From an uncultured delta proteobacterium (GTDB lineage Bacteria > Myxococcota_A > Polyangia > Polyangiales > JAFGIB01): DNA of 64,000 nt. Below, piece after piece: positions 51,563 to 63,583 of this stretch. The stretch is taken from positions 800,001 through 864,000 of the forward strand of contig CAVZVA010000009.1 in the NCBI GenBank assembly GCA_963778655.1, read 5' to 3'. The position numbers and the translations under genes are program-made. The notes beneath the pieces were generated by a model. That model had not been told where the DNA came from, searched no databases, and saw only the letters and a program-made list of their open reading frames with translations. Numbering within the stretch: the first letter of the stretch is position 1; every line of letters begins with the position of its first letter.

Positions 51563-52525
51563 TCAGGCCACGAGCTCGCGCGGCGATGGCGCTCCCGCTC
51601 GCACCCGCGCGCGGGCCATCTCCACGCACGGAGGCTCGGGGTAGGCCCAGCGCACCAGCTTGGTGCGAAAGCGGCCGAACGGCGTGATGCAGCCGCGCTC
51701 CAGCAAGCTCGGGGTATGGGTCCCGGTCATGCGCTGCGCCCACTCGGGCAGCAGCGCCATCGAGGCGCGCATGCCCAGCCAGCGGTCGAGCTGCTCCGCC
51801 CGGCCGACTTGATCGTGATCGACCCGGCCTTCGAGAAACGCCAGGAACTCTACGGTCTGCGCGGTCATCGCCAGCTGTGGGCGCATGCGCTCCACGTACG
51901 CCAGCAGCTCGTCCACCGTCTCGGGCACCCAGTCGGCGCCGCCCATGCGGCCGATCACGGCCTGCTCCCGCAGATAGCGATCTTTCTCCGTGCGGCTCAG
52001 CGGGCGGCGCGTGCGCTCGAAGGCGGTCATCACCGCCCACGGAATGCAGGTGTGCACCCAGGCGATCAGCTCCGGATCGAGCGCGCGATAGGTGACGCCG
52101 TCCGCGCGCGTGCCGCTCACGCGCGCGTGCATCTGCTTGACCCGCTCGATCACCGCGGTGGCGGCGGGTGCGCTGCCGAAGGTGGTGCGCAGCACGTAGC
52201 CGAGCGTGTTGCGCGCGCGCCGCGCCGCGTTCTGCCGGTATGCGGACTGGGTGTACACGCCGTGCATCACCGACGGATGCAGTACCTCCATCAGCACCGC
52301 ACCGCCGCCCGCGAGCACCAGGCTGGCGAGGTCGGCGTGGATCTCCCACGAGATGCTCTGCGGGCCGCCGACTAGACCCAGGTCGCCGGCCGGACCGGCA
52401 TAGATCGCCGGCTCGTCGTGGCGTCCGCCGCCGGCCTCGATTGCGCGCGCCAAGTTTTCCTGCAGGCGCGTGCGGCGCGGGGCGAGGTGAGCCTCGGGCA
52501 AGGGCTCGGTCGCAACAGGGGTCAT
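51563..52525 (-). CDS. Oxygenase MpaB (DUF2236) family protein
   Basis: GP.S.SW.IH, LHPSV..GV...S, V...HARV.G, Y.A.DPEL..WVH. Confidence 0.88.
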   Translation of the reverse strand: MTPVATEPLPEAHLAPRRTRLQENLARAIEAGGGRHDEPAIYAGPAGDLGLVGGPQSISWEIHADLASLVLAGGGAVLMEVLHPSVMHGVYTQSAYRQNAARRARNTLGYVLRTTFGSAPAATAVIERVKQMHARVSGTRADGVTYRALDPELIAWVHTCIPWAVMTAFERTRRPLSRTEKDRYLREQAVIGRMGGADWVPETVDELLAYVERMRPQLAMTAQTVEFLAFLEGRVDHDQVGRAEQLDRWLGMRASMALLPEWAQRMTGTHTPSLLERGCITPFGRFRTKLVRWAYPEPPCVEMARARVRAGAPSPRELVA

Positions 52526-52559
52526 CGGCGCGGCCTCCTCTTGGTTTCCGTGCTAGCAC

Positions 52560-52586
52560 TATAATCCAAGTAAAGACTTGGGATTA
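52560..52586. promoter_or_regulatory. Probable TetR operator overlapping a -10 box
   Basis: TATAAT at 52560; imperfect palindrome TAATCCAAGT-aaag-ACTTGGGATTA between divergent mpaB-like and tetR genes. Confidence 0.6.
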
Positions 52587-52614
52587 CTCGGATTCGCGGA
52601 GCCGCGCGCGCGAT

Positions 52615-53247
52615 ATGCCCCAGACCCTGCAAGCGCCCGATTTTGCACCGAGAAAGCTACCCTCCCAGGAGCGCTCGCGGGCCACCTTCGAGGCCATCGT
52701 CACCGCCTGTGCTTGGCTCCTGCAGGAGCGCGGGTTCCACGCCGTGAGCACCAACCATATCGCCGAGCGCGCCGGCGCCAACATCTCGTCGCTGTACGAG
52801 TACTTCCCCGGCAAGGACGCGATCGTCGCGCAGGTCGCCGAGCGCCTGGTGCAGCGCGTGCTCGACCGCCTGCAGGCCGGCCTCGCCGGCATCACCGAGG
52901 GCGATGCGGACGCCGCGGTGCGGCGCTGGATCGAGCTGATCTACCGCACGGTCGCGCGCGAGCGGGCACTGGTCGCGGTGTTTCGCCATCAGGTGCCGTA
53001 CACCAACGAGCTGCCGCCGGTGCGCGCGATCGGCCCGCGCCTGCTCGAGTTCTCGCAGTACGCGCGCGGCGTGGCCGGGCCCTTCGTGCACCCCGACTTC
53101 TCGCTGGCGACCTTGCACTTGGTGGTGAACCTGGTCAGCGCCACCATCCTGCAGCTGGTGCTCGACCCACCGGGCGACGTCGCCCGCAAGCAGTTGCTCG
53201 ATGAGCTTTCGGTGCGCGTCGAGGGCTGGATCCGCGCGCCAGCCTGA
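52615..53247 (+). CDS. TetR/AcrR family regulator
   Basis: RKLPSQERS, STNHIAERAG..ISSLYEYFPGKDAI. Confidence 0.93.
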   Translation: MPQTLQAPDFAPRKLPSQERSRATFEAIVTACAWLLQERGFHAVSTNHIAERAGANISSLYEYFPGKDAIVAQVAERLVQRVLDRLQAGLAGITEGDADAAVRRWIELIYRTVARERALVAVFRHQVPYTNELPPVRAIGPRLLEFSQYARGVAGPFVHPDFSLATLHLVVNLVSATILQLVLDPPGDVARKQLLDELSVRVEGWIRAPA

Positions 53248-53683
53248 GCGCGTGACGGGATCTGACGGTCGAGGACCCGCCGTTGGAGGAGATCGTGCAG
53301 GCGATTTACGAGCGGGCGGCGCGCGGCTGCGCCAGGGTCGAGGCGCCCTCCAGCACGGCGCAACGCGACCTGTGGTACGTGGCGATCACCGAGTGGGTGA
53401 CGCTCTCGCTGCCGCGCCTGCACCTCGAGATCCAGCGCGACTTGCGATCAGCGCGGCACTCGCCAGGCCCCCGTTGCATGGCGACCCGAGGACACCCGGA
53501 ACTGGCTATTCGCCTAGCTCGTGGCCGCAATGCCCGGCGGGTCCACGGTTGGCCACACCAAGCATCCGCGCCCACCCTCGGGGAAGCCCACCGGCAGAGC
53601 ACCACGCTACCGAGCGATCGATGGTCCGCGAGCAAGGCCGATTGCGGCCCGGCTCCGGCCAGGGTACACCGGACCAACCGCGA

Positions 53684-54475
53684 ATGAAGGCAGGTACTCT
53701 CGGTCCGTGCGCGGCGGCGATCGCGTTGTTGTTGTGCGGCCCACTCGGGGATGCGCGCGCGCAGCTGCGTGACGACGGCGCACGCGTGCCCGCGGAGACG
53801 GCCGCGCGCAGCGCCCAGGCCGGGATGTTCCTGCCGTACACGATGGCGGCGCGGACCGACAGTCAGCGCGCGTTCGTGCTCGCGCTCGGCGGCTACGACC
53901 AGGCCCGCCGCTCGGCGCAGCTCGAGAGCACGGCCGACGCCACGCTGTTCGGTCCGCTCGCGGCGCGCGCTGGCGTGCTCTACGGTCAGAGCGGCCATCG
54001 CATGCGACCCAGCGCGGGTTTGCGCGTGCAGGCCTTGTCGCAGAACGCCCACTACCTCGACCTCTCGCTCGGCGCGTTCTACCGGCCCGAGGGATTTACC
54101 GAGGCCGAGGGCGAGGTCGAAGCCGTGCTGGCATTCGGCCGCAGCTTCGGCCGCCTGGGCACGTTCGCGAACCTGGTCTACGGCCAGGACCCGGAGGGCA
54201 ACGAGCGCGACGGCGAGGTCCGGGTCGCCGCGCTGTATACGCTGGGCGCGCGGGTGCAGAGCGGGCTCGACCTGCGCCTGCGCTTCGATCTCGGCTCCGC
54301 GCAGGGCGCGCGGCGCGTGCCGGGTGAAGCCGACTACGACTTCGTGGCGGGTCCGGTGTTGAGCTATGCGCTGGGTCCGATGGCGCTGCTCGCGCAGCTC
54401 GGCCTGAGCGCCGTGGGGCAATCGCACCCGCGCCTCGGGCCGGTGGCGCTCGCCGGTCTGGGTGGCGCGCTATAG
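53684..54475 (+). CDS. Hypothetical exported protein, possibly outer-membrane beta-barrel
   Basis: Signal peptide, alternating beta-strand pattern, YRPEGFTEAEGEVE. Confidence 0.6.
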   Translation: MKAGTLGPCAAAIALLLCGPLGDARAQLRDDGARVPAETAARSAQAGMFLPYTMAARTDSQRAFVLALGGYDQARRSAQLESTADATLFGPLAARAGVLYGQSGHRMRPSAGLRVQALSQNAHYLDLSLGAFYRPEGFTEAEGEVEAVLAFGRSFGRLGTFANLVYGQDPEGNERDGEVRVAALYTLGARVQSGLDLRLRFDLGSAQGARRVPGEADYDFVAGPVLSYALGPMALLAQLGLSAVGQSHPRLGPVALAGLGGAL

Positions 54476-54734
54476 GCGCGCGGCGTCGAGCTGTGCGTGC
54501 CCCGCTAGCAGCCTGGCCCGCGCCGCGGGTGCGGGCTCGCCTTGTCAAGCTGGTGGACCGTGGTTGCGGTCGAGGCGCGATCTGACGGACCCTTGTGTCT
54601 CCTCCAGCTTCAGCGAGACCGATTTCGCGTCCTACGCGGTGCACCGCTAGCGCATTGCGCCCTGAGCGCGGCGCGCGCGCGGGCGCCCTCGCGCGCCGGC
54701 GATTGGTGGCTATGTGCTCCACGGAGCCCGTGCC

Positions 54735-55871
54735 ATGCGGATCGCGCTGATCGCCCTGCTGCTCGTCCACGGTCTGATCCATGTGCTCGGCTTCCTCAAG
54801 GCTTGGCGGCTGGCGGACGTCAGCGGGCTGAGCGGCGACACGCTGTTCGTGCTGTCGCCGTCGTGGGGCAGACCGATCGGCCTGCTGTGGCTGCTGTGCT
54901 GCCTGGTGCTGCTCGGCGCTGCGGGCTTGCTGCTGTTGCGGCACGGTAGCTGGTGGCTGGTGGCCGGCGGCGGCGTGCTGCTCTCGCAGCTGCTCGTGAC
55001 CTACGCCTGGCCCGACGCCAAGGCCGGTACGCTTGCGAACGTCGTGCTGCTCGCCGCCGTGGTGGTGGGCGCGGCCGAAGCGCGCTTTCGGCGTGACACC
55101 GCGCAGGCGGTTCACACGCTGTTCGCGGCCCCCGCCGCGGAAGCTGCCGAGATGCGGGTCCCGACGATCGAAGCGCTGCCCGCGCCCGTGCGCCGCTGGC
55201 TCGAAGCCTCCGGCGCGGCGGGCAAGCCACGCGCCCACAGCGTGCGCCTGGTGCAGCGCGGGCGGATGCGGACCGCGCCGGGCAAGGCCTCCATGCCGGC
55301 CGAGGCGCACCAGTACTTCAACCTCGACGAGCCGGGCTTCGTATGGCGCGTCAGGGTGACGATGCTCGGGCTGCTGCCGATCGCCGGGCGGGACGCCTAC
55401 CTCGGGGGTAAGGGTCGCATGCTGATCGCGCTGGCCTCGCTCTTCCCGCTGGTCGATGCCAGCGGTCCCAAGATCGACCAGGGCACGCTGTTGCGCTTCC
55501 TCGGCGAGATCGTGTGGTTCCCGAGCGCGGCGTTGAGCCCCTATCTCAGCTGGCAGGATGCCGGCGGCGGCAGCGCGCGCGCCCGCATGAGCTACCGCGG
55601 CGTGCACGCGAGCGCCGACTTCCACTTCGACCGCCAGGGGCGCTTCGTGCGTCTGAACGCGCAGCGCTACATGGACGCGGGCCCGGACGCCACGCCGCAG
55701 CCGTGGGAGGTGGTGGCCAGCGCATGGCAGCACATGGACGGCGTGCTGATCCCGGTGCGCGGCGACGTACGCTGGAAGCACGAGGGTGGCGACTTCGTGT
55801 ACTACGAATGGCAGATCACGCAGCTCGAGCGCGATCGGCCCGAGCTCTACCCGCGTGACGTCGGACAGTGA
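54735..55871 (+). CDS. Membrane protein with DUF6544/DUF6920-like domain
   Basis: HGLIH.LGF, W.DAKAGTLAN, LPAPVRRWL, PGFVW, RFL.EIVWFPSAAL. Confidence 0.7.
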   Translation: MRIALIALLLVHGLIHVLGFLKAWRLADVSGLSGDTLFVLSPSWGRPIGLLWLLCCLVLLGAAGLLLLRHGSWWLVAGGGVLLSQLLVTYAWPDAKAGTLANVVLLAAVVVGAAEARFRRDTAQAVHTLFAAPAAEAAEMRVPTIEALPAPVRRWLEASGAAGKPRAHSVRLVQRGRMRTAPGKASMPAEAHQYFNLDEPGFVWRVRVTMLGLLPIAGRDAYLGGKGRMLIALASLFPLVDASGPKIDQGTLLRFLGEIVWFPSAALSPYLSWQDAGGGSARARMSYRGVHASADFHFDRQGRFVRLNAQRYMDAGPDATPQPWEVVASAWQHMDGVLIPVRGDVRWKHEGGDFVYYEWQITQLERDRPELYPRDVGQ

Positions 55872-55932
55872 GGCGCGCGCCCCAGCCCCGCGCGCCATGG
55901 CGGGGGCGCCCAGCGAGCCGTGCTGCCGCGTT

Positions 55933-57732
<1,800 letters not shown>

Positions 57733-57873
57733 GACGGAGAACAGCCACCAAGCTCAACGAGGCGCTGGCGGGAGAGCTGGGCGAATGTAGGCTGCCGTGG
57801 TCGGGTGCAGGCACTGCGCGTGCCACGCACACAGGCGGTTTTCGCGCAAACCCGCCGGCTCCGGGCTGCCGGC

Positions 57874-59412
57874 TCAGAGCACGCACGCCCACGGCGAGTC
57901 GGCCGTCGTGGAGCACGGAACCGAGATCTCGGCGAACGACAGGCCTTCGCCCTTGCCCTGGGTGTCCGCCCCGGTGGTGTACACCACGCCGGTTTCCGGC
58001 CACCAGACTTCGCGCAGCTCGCGCACCCCGCGGGCGACCGAGTACGACGCCCCGCTGTGCAAGAAGTGCAGCCGCAGCACGCCCAGGCCGGTGTCGGGGT
58101 CGACATCGGCGAGGAAGCCCACCGCTGGTTCGGTGTCCACGAACATCATCCGCACGCTCGATTTGGGCACGTGCGTGGCCAGGGTGCCGTCGTGCTGCAG
58201 GGCCGAGAGCGGCCGCAATCTCAGCACTCCGTCCCGATCGAGCGAGAGCAGGTCACCCTCGATCGAGTGCGCGAAGACCAGCCCCTGCTCGAAGGACGCC
58301 GCGCGCCCGCGCGCGCTGTCGATCCTCCACAGCGTCAGCGAGTCGTCGCTCTCGCGGATGGTGGTGACTAGCTCGTGCACGCCGCTGCTCCACAACCGAT
58401 CGAGCTTGAAGCCGTCCGCCTCCGCCAGCTGCGTGCCCTTGCCGTCTCCTTCGCTGAGCCACAGCGTGGTGGAGCTCTCGCCTTTCACCGTGTACAGCAG
58501 CCAGCCGTTGGCGCTGATGAAGTCGTCGACGGCGTCAGCGATTGTGCGGGGCTTGAGCTTGGCGCCCCCGACTACGAGCGAGCGCGACGAGCACGGGTGG
58601 AAGTAGGCCAGGGTGTGGGGCGGGAAACCGTTGAGCGGAGTCGCCGAGCAGGCGTCCTCGGCGACGCGCGTCACCCCTTGGTCGCGGTTGAATCGCATGA
58701 TGCTGCCGGCGTCGACATAGGTGATCTCGTGCTCGCCCGACGCGAATAGCTCGCTGATGTCGTGGCCAGTGCGCGCGAGCTGGTTCCCGCTCAGATCGCG
58801 CAGCACCGCCTGCCCGCCTTCGACGATCCACATCCCTTCTGCGACTACCAGCGCGCCGTCGACGTCGCGGGCGAGCTCGAGCTTCTCGCCGGTCCACGGG
58901 TCACCCAGCACGAGCCGGCGATCGCTGGTGCGCGCCGCGTAGCGCGGGGCGACGTAGGACGGGTCGTAGGCGGTCCACAGCTCGGCGAGCTTGACGTCGG
59001 AGATCTCGAGCGGAAGCGGCCTGCAATCGATGCCCGCGAAGCGGAGCGTGCCGCGCTTGTTCTCGTCGAAGCTGTCGATGTAGGCCACCGCACCCTTGCC
59101 GAGAACGCCCCAGGCCGGCCCGCCGCTGCGCAGCGGCTGGATCGTGTCGTACCAGGCGACCGGCCCCAGGCTGCACGTCCCGGGCTGATCGGGCGACCAG
59201 ATCACCGCATCGTTACCCTCGCCGCGACGCGCCACCACATGGAAACGCTCGACCTGAGCCCCGCCCCAGGCGATGGAGCGGAACTCGCCGTGCGCAAGCG
59301 GCACGCTGGACACGCTGACCTCGTCTTTGCCGGTCTGACATGCCAACGTGTGCACCACGGCCCACGGCAGCCATGCCCATCTCCAAGCTCTCAGTCGTGG
59401 CCCGTGCCGCAC
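57874..59412 (-). CDS. Hypothetical lipoprotein (beta-rich); start uncertain
   Basis: Long open frame with GC3-rich codons, lipobox-like TLAC. Confidence 0.65.
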   Translation of the reverse strand: MRHGPRLRAWRWAWLPWAVVHTLACQTGKDEVSVSSVPLAHGEFRSIAWGGAQVERFHVVARRGEGNDAVIWSPDQPGTCSLGPVAWYDTIQPLRSGGPAWGVLGKGAVAYIDSFDENKRGTLRFAGIDCRPLPLEISDVKLAELWTAYDPSYVAPRYAARTSDRRLVLGDPWTGEKLELARDVDGALVVAEGMWIVEGGQAVLRDLSGNQLARTGHDISELFASGEHEITYVDAGSIMRFNRDQGVTRVAEDACSATPLNGFPPHTLAYFHPCSSRSLVVGGAKLKPRTIADAVDDFISANGWLLYTVKGESSTTLWLSEGDGKGTQLAEADGFKLDRLWSSGVHELVTTIRESDDSLTLWRIDSARGRAASFEQGLVFAHSIEGDLLSLDRDGVLRLRPLSALQHDGTLATHVPKSSVRMMFVDTEPAVGFLADVDPDTGLGVLRLHFLHSGASYSVARGVRELREVWWPETGVVYTTGADTQGKGEGLSFAEISVPCSTTADSPWACVL

Positions 59413-59423
59413 GTGCTCAAGCC

Positions 59424-61856
59424 TTGCCGTGTCGCCGCCCCCGTGCAAGCCGCGGCGCGGCGCTGCTGTTGGCGTGGCTGTGCGCTGCCGTGGCCCGGGC
59501 GCAGCCGCAGCCGGACGCAGGTGCTCGGCCACAGCCGCAGCCGGCCTCCAGTGGGCGCTCGAAGGCGGGCGTGCCGGCCGCGGAACCCAGCGCAGCGCAG
59601 CCTCCGCGTGTCTTGCAGCTCGCGCCCGCGGTGGTCGAGCACGCGCTCGCGTTGCAACACGGCGGCAGCCTCGAGCTCGTGGTGCGCGTCGACGCGCAGG
59701 GCCGTGCGACGCTCGATCAGGATCTGCCGAACCCGGCGTTGCGGCGCGCGGTGCAGGCCGCGCTCGCCCGCGCCCGCTTCGAGCCCGCGCGCGTGGGTGG
59801 AATTGCGGTGCCCGCTCGCGCGCGCGTGCGGCTGCGTCTGGTGGAGCCTGCGCCGCCCGCGCCTTTGGCGGCCACGCCCGCGCCTTCCCCATCCGCGCAG
59901 CGACCCGCGCTTGCGCTCGCGCCTGCGGCGCCCCCATTACCCGCGCCCGCCGCGGCGGAGCCCTACGTGTTCGGCGCCACAGGCCGCGTGAATCAGCCGC
60001 GTCCGAATCAGCACCACCTGGAAAGCGAGGTCACGCGCGATCTACCCGGCGCATTCGGCGATCCGTTTCGCGCCATCGACTCGATGCCGGGCGTGGTGCC
60101 GGCGGTCAGCGGTCTGCCCTACGTCTACGTGCGAGGTGCGCCGCCCTCCGGCACCGTCTACTACTACGACGACATCCAGGTGCCCGCGCTATTCCACCTG
60201 GCGCTCGGCCCGGCCGTCGTTCACCCCGCGATGATCGGCAACGTCGACTTCTATCCCAGCGTGGCCCCGGCGCGCTACGGCCGGGCCACCGGCGGCGTGC
60301 TCGCCTCCGAGAGCTGCACGGCGCCGTGTGTGCTCGCGCCGCGCGGCGAGCTCGAGCTGCGCGCGATCGACGTCATGGGCATGGCAGCCACGCCGCTCGG
60401 CCGCGGCGGCTCGGTCAGCGTGGCCGGCCGCTACGGCTATCCCGGGCTGCTGCTGAGCGCGTTGAGCCCGAACATCGAGCTGCAGTACTGGGACTACCAG
60501 ACGCGGCTGCAGCTGCCGCTCGGCGGCCCCGACCGCTTCGAGCTGAGCTGGTTCGGGTCATATGACCATGAGGCGGACACCAGCTCCAACGTTCCCGGCA
60601 GCGGCATCGACCTGCAGTTTCACCGCGCCGAAGCGCGCGTGATCCGCACACTCGACTCGCTCGAGCTGGGCGGCATGCTGCAGCTCGGCTACGAGCGCTC
60701 CACGCTGAAGAACGAATTCGGCGTTTCGGCCTTTCGCCTCGGACCCCGCGCGTATCTGTCCTGGCACGACGCGCGCGGGCTGCGGCTGCGGGTCGGCGGC
60801 GATTTCTTCGGCATCGTCGGCAGCCTGCGCGATCTCAATCCGGGCGATCAGAACAACCTCGATTTCGTCGATCCGGGCTACCGCAGCGCGCCCACGCGCA
60901 GCCTCGGCGGGCTCTACGGCGAGCTGCACCTGCCGCTGGCCGCCCGCTGGGACCTGGACGCCGGACTGCGCGGCGACGTGTGGATCACGGGCAGGAGCGC
61001 ACAGCAGGCGCTCGAGCCGCGCGCCACCGTGACCTTCCGGCCGCTGCAGCGGCTGTCCCTGCACGCAGCGGTCGGACTGGGCGACCAGCCCGCCGTGTTC
61101 CTGATCCCGCTGCCGGGCGTGGCCGACGTGGCGCTCGACCACGGCTTGCAGCGCGCGATCCAGAGCGAGGCCGGCGCCGCGCTCGAGCTCGGCCAGGGCC
61201 TGCACCTGCAGTCGCAGCTCTACCTGCAGCGCTTCTTCAACATGATTCTGCCCGAAGCGGTGCTCACGGCGGAGCGCACCTGCGGCCTGCTGCCGCTCGC
61301 CGCCGACGGGGTCTTCGGCTGCGACCGTCAGAGCTCGCCACGCTCGTCGGTGTGGGCATACGGTCTGGAGCTGTTCCTGCGGCGCGATGTCTCCAAGGCG
61401 CTGTCGGGCTGGCTCAGCTACACGCTGGGGTGGGCGGACGCGCGCTCGGAGCAGGGCCAGGCGTACCGTCCGAGCTTCGACATCCGCCACGTGGTGAACC
61501 TGGTGTTGCAGTACCGACTACCGGCGGGCTTCAGCCTGGGCGGCAGGTTGTTCTATCGCAGCGGCAAGGTGGTGACGTACGACTTCGTGCGCGCGCAGCC
61601 GATCTCGTACCAGCAGCGCTTGCCCGGCTTCTTCCGCGGCGACGCCGAGCTGGCCTATAGTTGGACCACGTCATGGGCCAGGCTGCGGCTCGCGCTCGAA
61701 TGGCTCAACGTCACGCTCTCGCGCGAGGCGGTGGATATCGCGTGCCACGATGGCGTGCAGACCGGCAAGAACCCGCTGTCCGCCACGCCCTGCACGGTGC
61801 GCTACGCGCCCGCGATCTTCTTTCCAAGCCTGGGTCTGCGCGCGCGCTTCGAGTGA
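59424..61856 (+). CDS. TonB-dependent receptor-like protein with N-terminal TonB-C-like domain; start uncertain
   Basis: LPGAFGDPFRAI..MPGV, YVRGAPP, LFHL..GP.VV, PARYGR..GG, AYGLELFLRR, GWLSYTL, C-terminal PSLGLRARF. Confidence 0.85.
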   Translation: MPCRRPRASRGAALLLAWLCAAVARAQPQPDAGARPQPQPASSGRSKAGVPAAEPSAAQPPRVLQLAPAVVEHALALQHGGSLELVVRVDAQGRATLDQDLPNPALRRAVQAALARARFEPARVGGIAVPARARVRLRLVEPAPPAPLAATPAPSPSAQRPALALAPAAPPLPAPAAAEPYVFGATGRVNQPRPNQHHLESEVTRDLPGAFGDPFRAIDSMPGVVPAVSGLPYVYVRGAPPSGTVYYYDDIQVPALFHLALGPAVVHPAMIGNVDFYPSVAPARYGRATGGVLASESCTAPCVLAPRGELELRAIDVMGMAATPLGRGGSVSVAGRYGYPGLLLSALSPNIELQYWDYQTRLQLPLGGPDRFELSWFGSYDHEADTSSNVPGSGIDLQFHRAEARVIRTLDSLELGGMLQLGYERSTLKNEFGVSAFRLGPRAYLSWHDARGLRLRVGGDFFGIVGSLRDLNPGDQNNLDFVDPGYRSAPTRSLGGLYGELHLPLAARWDLDAGLRGDVWITGRSAQQALEPRATVTFRPLQRLSLHAAVGLGDQPAVFLIPLPGVADVALDHGLQRAIQSEAGAALELGQGLHLQSQLYLQRFFNMILPEAVLTAERTCGLLPLAADGVFGCDRQSSPRSSVWAYGLELFLRRDVSKALSGWLSYTLGWADARSEQGQAYRPSFDIRHVVNLVLQYRLPAGFSLGGRLFYRSGKVVTYDFVRAQPISYQQRLPGFFRGDAELAYSWTTSWARLRLALEWLNVTLSREAVDIACHDGVQTGKNPLSATPCTVRYAPAIFFPSLGLRARFE

Positions 61857-61974
61857 AACGCCCGGCCCGAGCCCCGGCCGCCGGCTCACGGCCCCAGGAC
61901 CCAAACATTGACGCGAACGGCGATTGCCAGCCGCACCCGGAGCAGGTAAGTGGGCCGGACGGGAGGGTTCTTCG

Positions 61975-63570
61975 ATGACAGGGATCGATCTCGGTAGCCG
62001 CGCGAGCGCGGCTCGAGCCGCCGCCGTGCTGTGGCTGGCGCTGTGCGCGGGCGCCTGCTCGGGCAGCGACGGCGGCAGCCAGCAGGCGGGTACCGAAGCG
62101 CCGGCCGGGGCCAAGGCGCCGAGCGGCAAGTGCAGCAAGGGTGAGACAGGCGTGTGCAGCGGCGCCACCTGCAAGAGCGGCGCCCGCCCGATCGCGACTT
62201 GCGGGGCATCCGGCAAGTACGGGCGCTGCCTGTGCCTGGAAGGCGACGCGGGCGAGGCCAACACCGGGGCCGAGTCGAGCGGCACATGGGGCTTGATGGG
62301 CTACGACGCCAAGAACGACTACTGGAACCCCGACGAGACCACGCTCTCGGTCGACAACGCCAAGGACGTGACCGAGAAGTGGCGCTTCACCGTGGCCGGC
62401 TTCCCCACCGGCACGCCGGCGATCGGCGAGGGCAAGGTGTTCGTGACCGCAACCGGCGGCACCTATGCCCTTTCCTTTGCCAGCGGCGAGCAGCGCTGGG
62501 TGCGCGACGACATCGTCGGCAACGCGTCCCCCGCCTATGCGGACGGCGCGGTCTACGTTCACACGGGCGACGCCAATCTGTACAAGTTGGACGCCAAGAG
62601 CGGCGATACGCTATGGGGTCCGATCAGGACCTATGAGCTGGCGAGCTGCGACGGGACCTCCTCGCCCATCCTGGCCGGCGACAAGGTGCTGGTCGGCCAC
62701 TCCTGCGGTGCGGCCGAGGTCACCGGCAACGAGGACCAGGCCGTCGCGCGAGGCGGGGTCGAAGCGTTCAACGCCGAGGACGGCTCGCACCTGTGGACGT
62801 ACTACACGGTCCCCGAGCAGGGCGAGAACGGCGCGATGGTCTGGTCGAGCGTGGCCGTCGACCTCGAGGCCGGCGTGGTGTTCGCGGCCACCGGCAACAA
62901 CTACACCATGGCCGGCGAGCACTCGGACGCTATTCACGCGATCGATCTGGAGACCGGCGAGAGAAAGTGGGTCAAGCAAGTGCGCGAAGGCGACACCTGG
63001 TCGCTCGGCCCCGACTCGAGCGACGCCACCGGTCCCGACGACGACTTCGGCGCCAACCCGATCCTGGCCGAGGTCGATGGCCAGAAGATCGTGGCCGACG
63101 GGGACAAGGGCTCGTCGTTCTGGGCGCTGGACCGCGACACGGGCGAGATCCTGTGGAGCCGCGACGATCTGAGCTCGAAGCGAACCTCCGCAAACGGCGG
63201 CGTGCTCAACAACGGAGGCTTCGACGGAAAGTACTTCTACGTGGTCGCGAACCAGCCGCCCGGCGAGGCGCTGCTGCATGCGCTCGACCCGAGCCAGCAA
63301 GGCGCCGACGCCTGGGACCCGCCCATGATCGAGCAGACGGTGTGGGGAGCGCCGACGATCGCGAACGGCTTGCTGGTGGTTCCGGCGGGCACCGCGCTCA
63401 ACCTCTACGACGCCAGCAACGGCGAGCTGCTCAACAGCTTCGAGACCGGCGGCAGCATCGCTGGCGCGGCGGCGATCGTCGACGGCAAGATCGTGGTCAA
63501 GAGCGGGTTGGAGTACGTCTTCGACTCGACCGCGATGAACAACAACCAGGTCATTTGCTACGGGCTGTGA
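61975..63570 (+). CDS. PQQ-binding-like beta-propeller lipoprotein (PVA dehydrogenase-like)
   Basis: Lipobox AGAC, GA.VWSS.AVD, ATGNNY, SDAI.A.DL.TG..KW..Q, D.DFGA.P. Confidence 0.85.
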   Translation: MTGIDLGSRASAARAAAVLWLALCAGACSGSDGGSQQAGTEAPAGAKAPSGKCSKGETGVCSGATCKSGARPIATCGASGKYGRCLCLEGDAGEANTGAESSGTWGLMGYDAKNDYWNPDETTLSVDNAKDVTEKWRFTVAGFPTGTPAIGEGKVFVTATGGTYALSFASGEQRWVRDDIVGNASPAYADGAVYVHTGDANLYKLDAKSGDTLWGPIRTYELASCDGTSSPILAGDKVLVGHSCGAAEVTGNEDQAVARGGVEAFNAEDGSHLWTYYTVPEQGENGAMVWSSVAVDLEAGVVFAATGNNYTMAGEHSDAIHAIDLETGERKWVKQVREGDTWSLGPDSSDATGPDDDFGANPILAEVDGQKIVADGDKGSSFWALDRDTGEILWSRDDLSSKRTSANGGVLNNGGFDGKYFYVVANQPPGEALLHALDPSQQGADAWDPPMIEQTVWGAPTIANGLLVVPAGTALNLYDASNGELLNSFETGGSIAGAAAIVDGKIVVKSGLEYVFDSTAMNNNQVICYGL

Positions 63571-63583
63571 GCGCCCGCCGCGC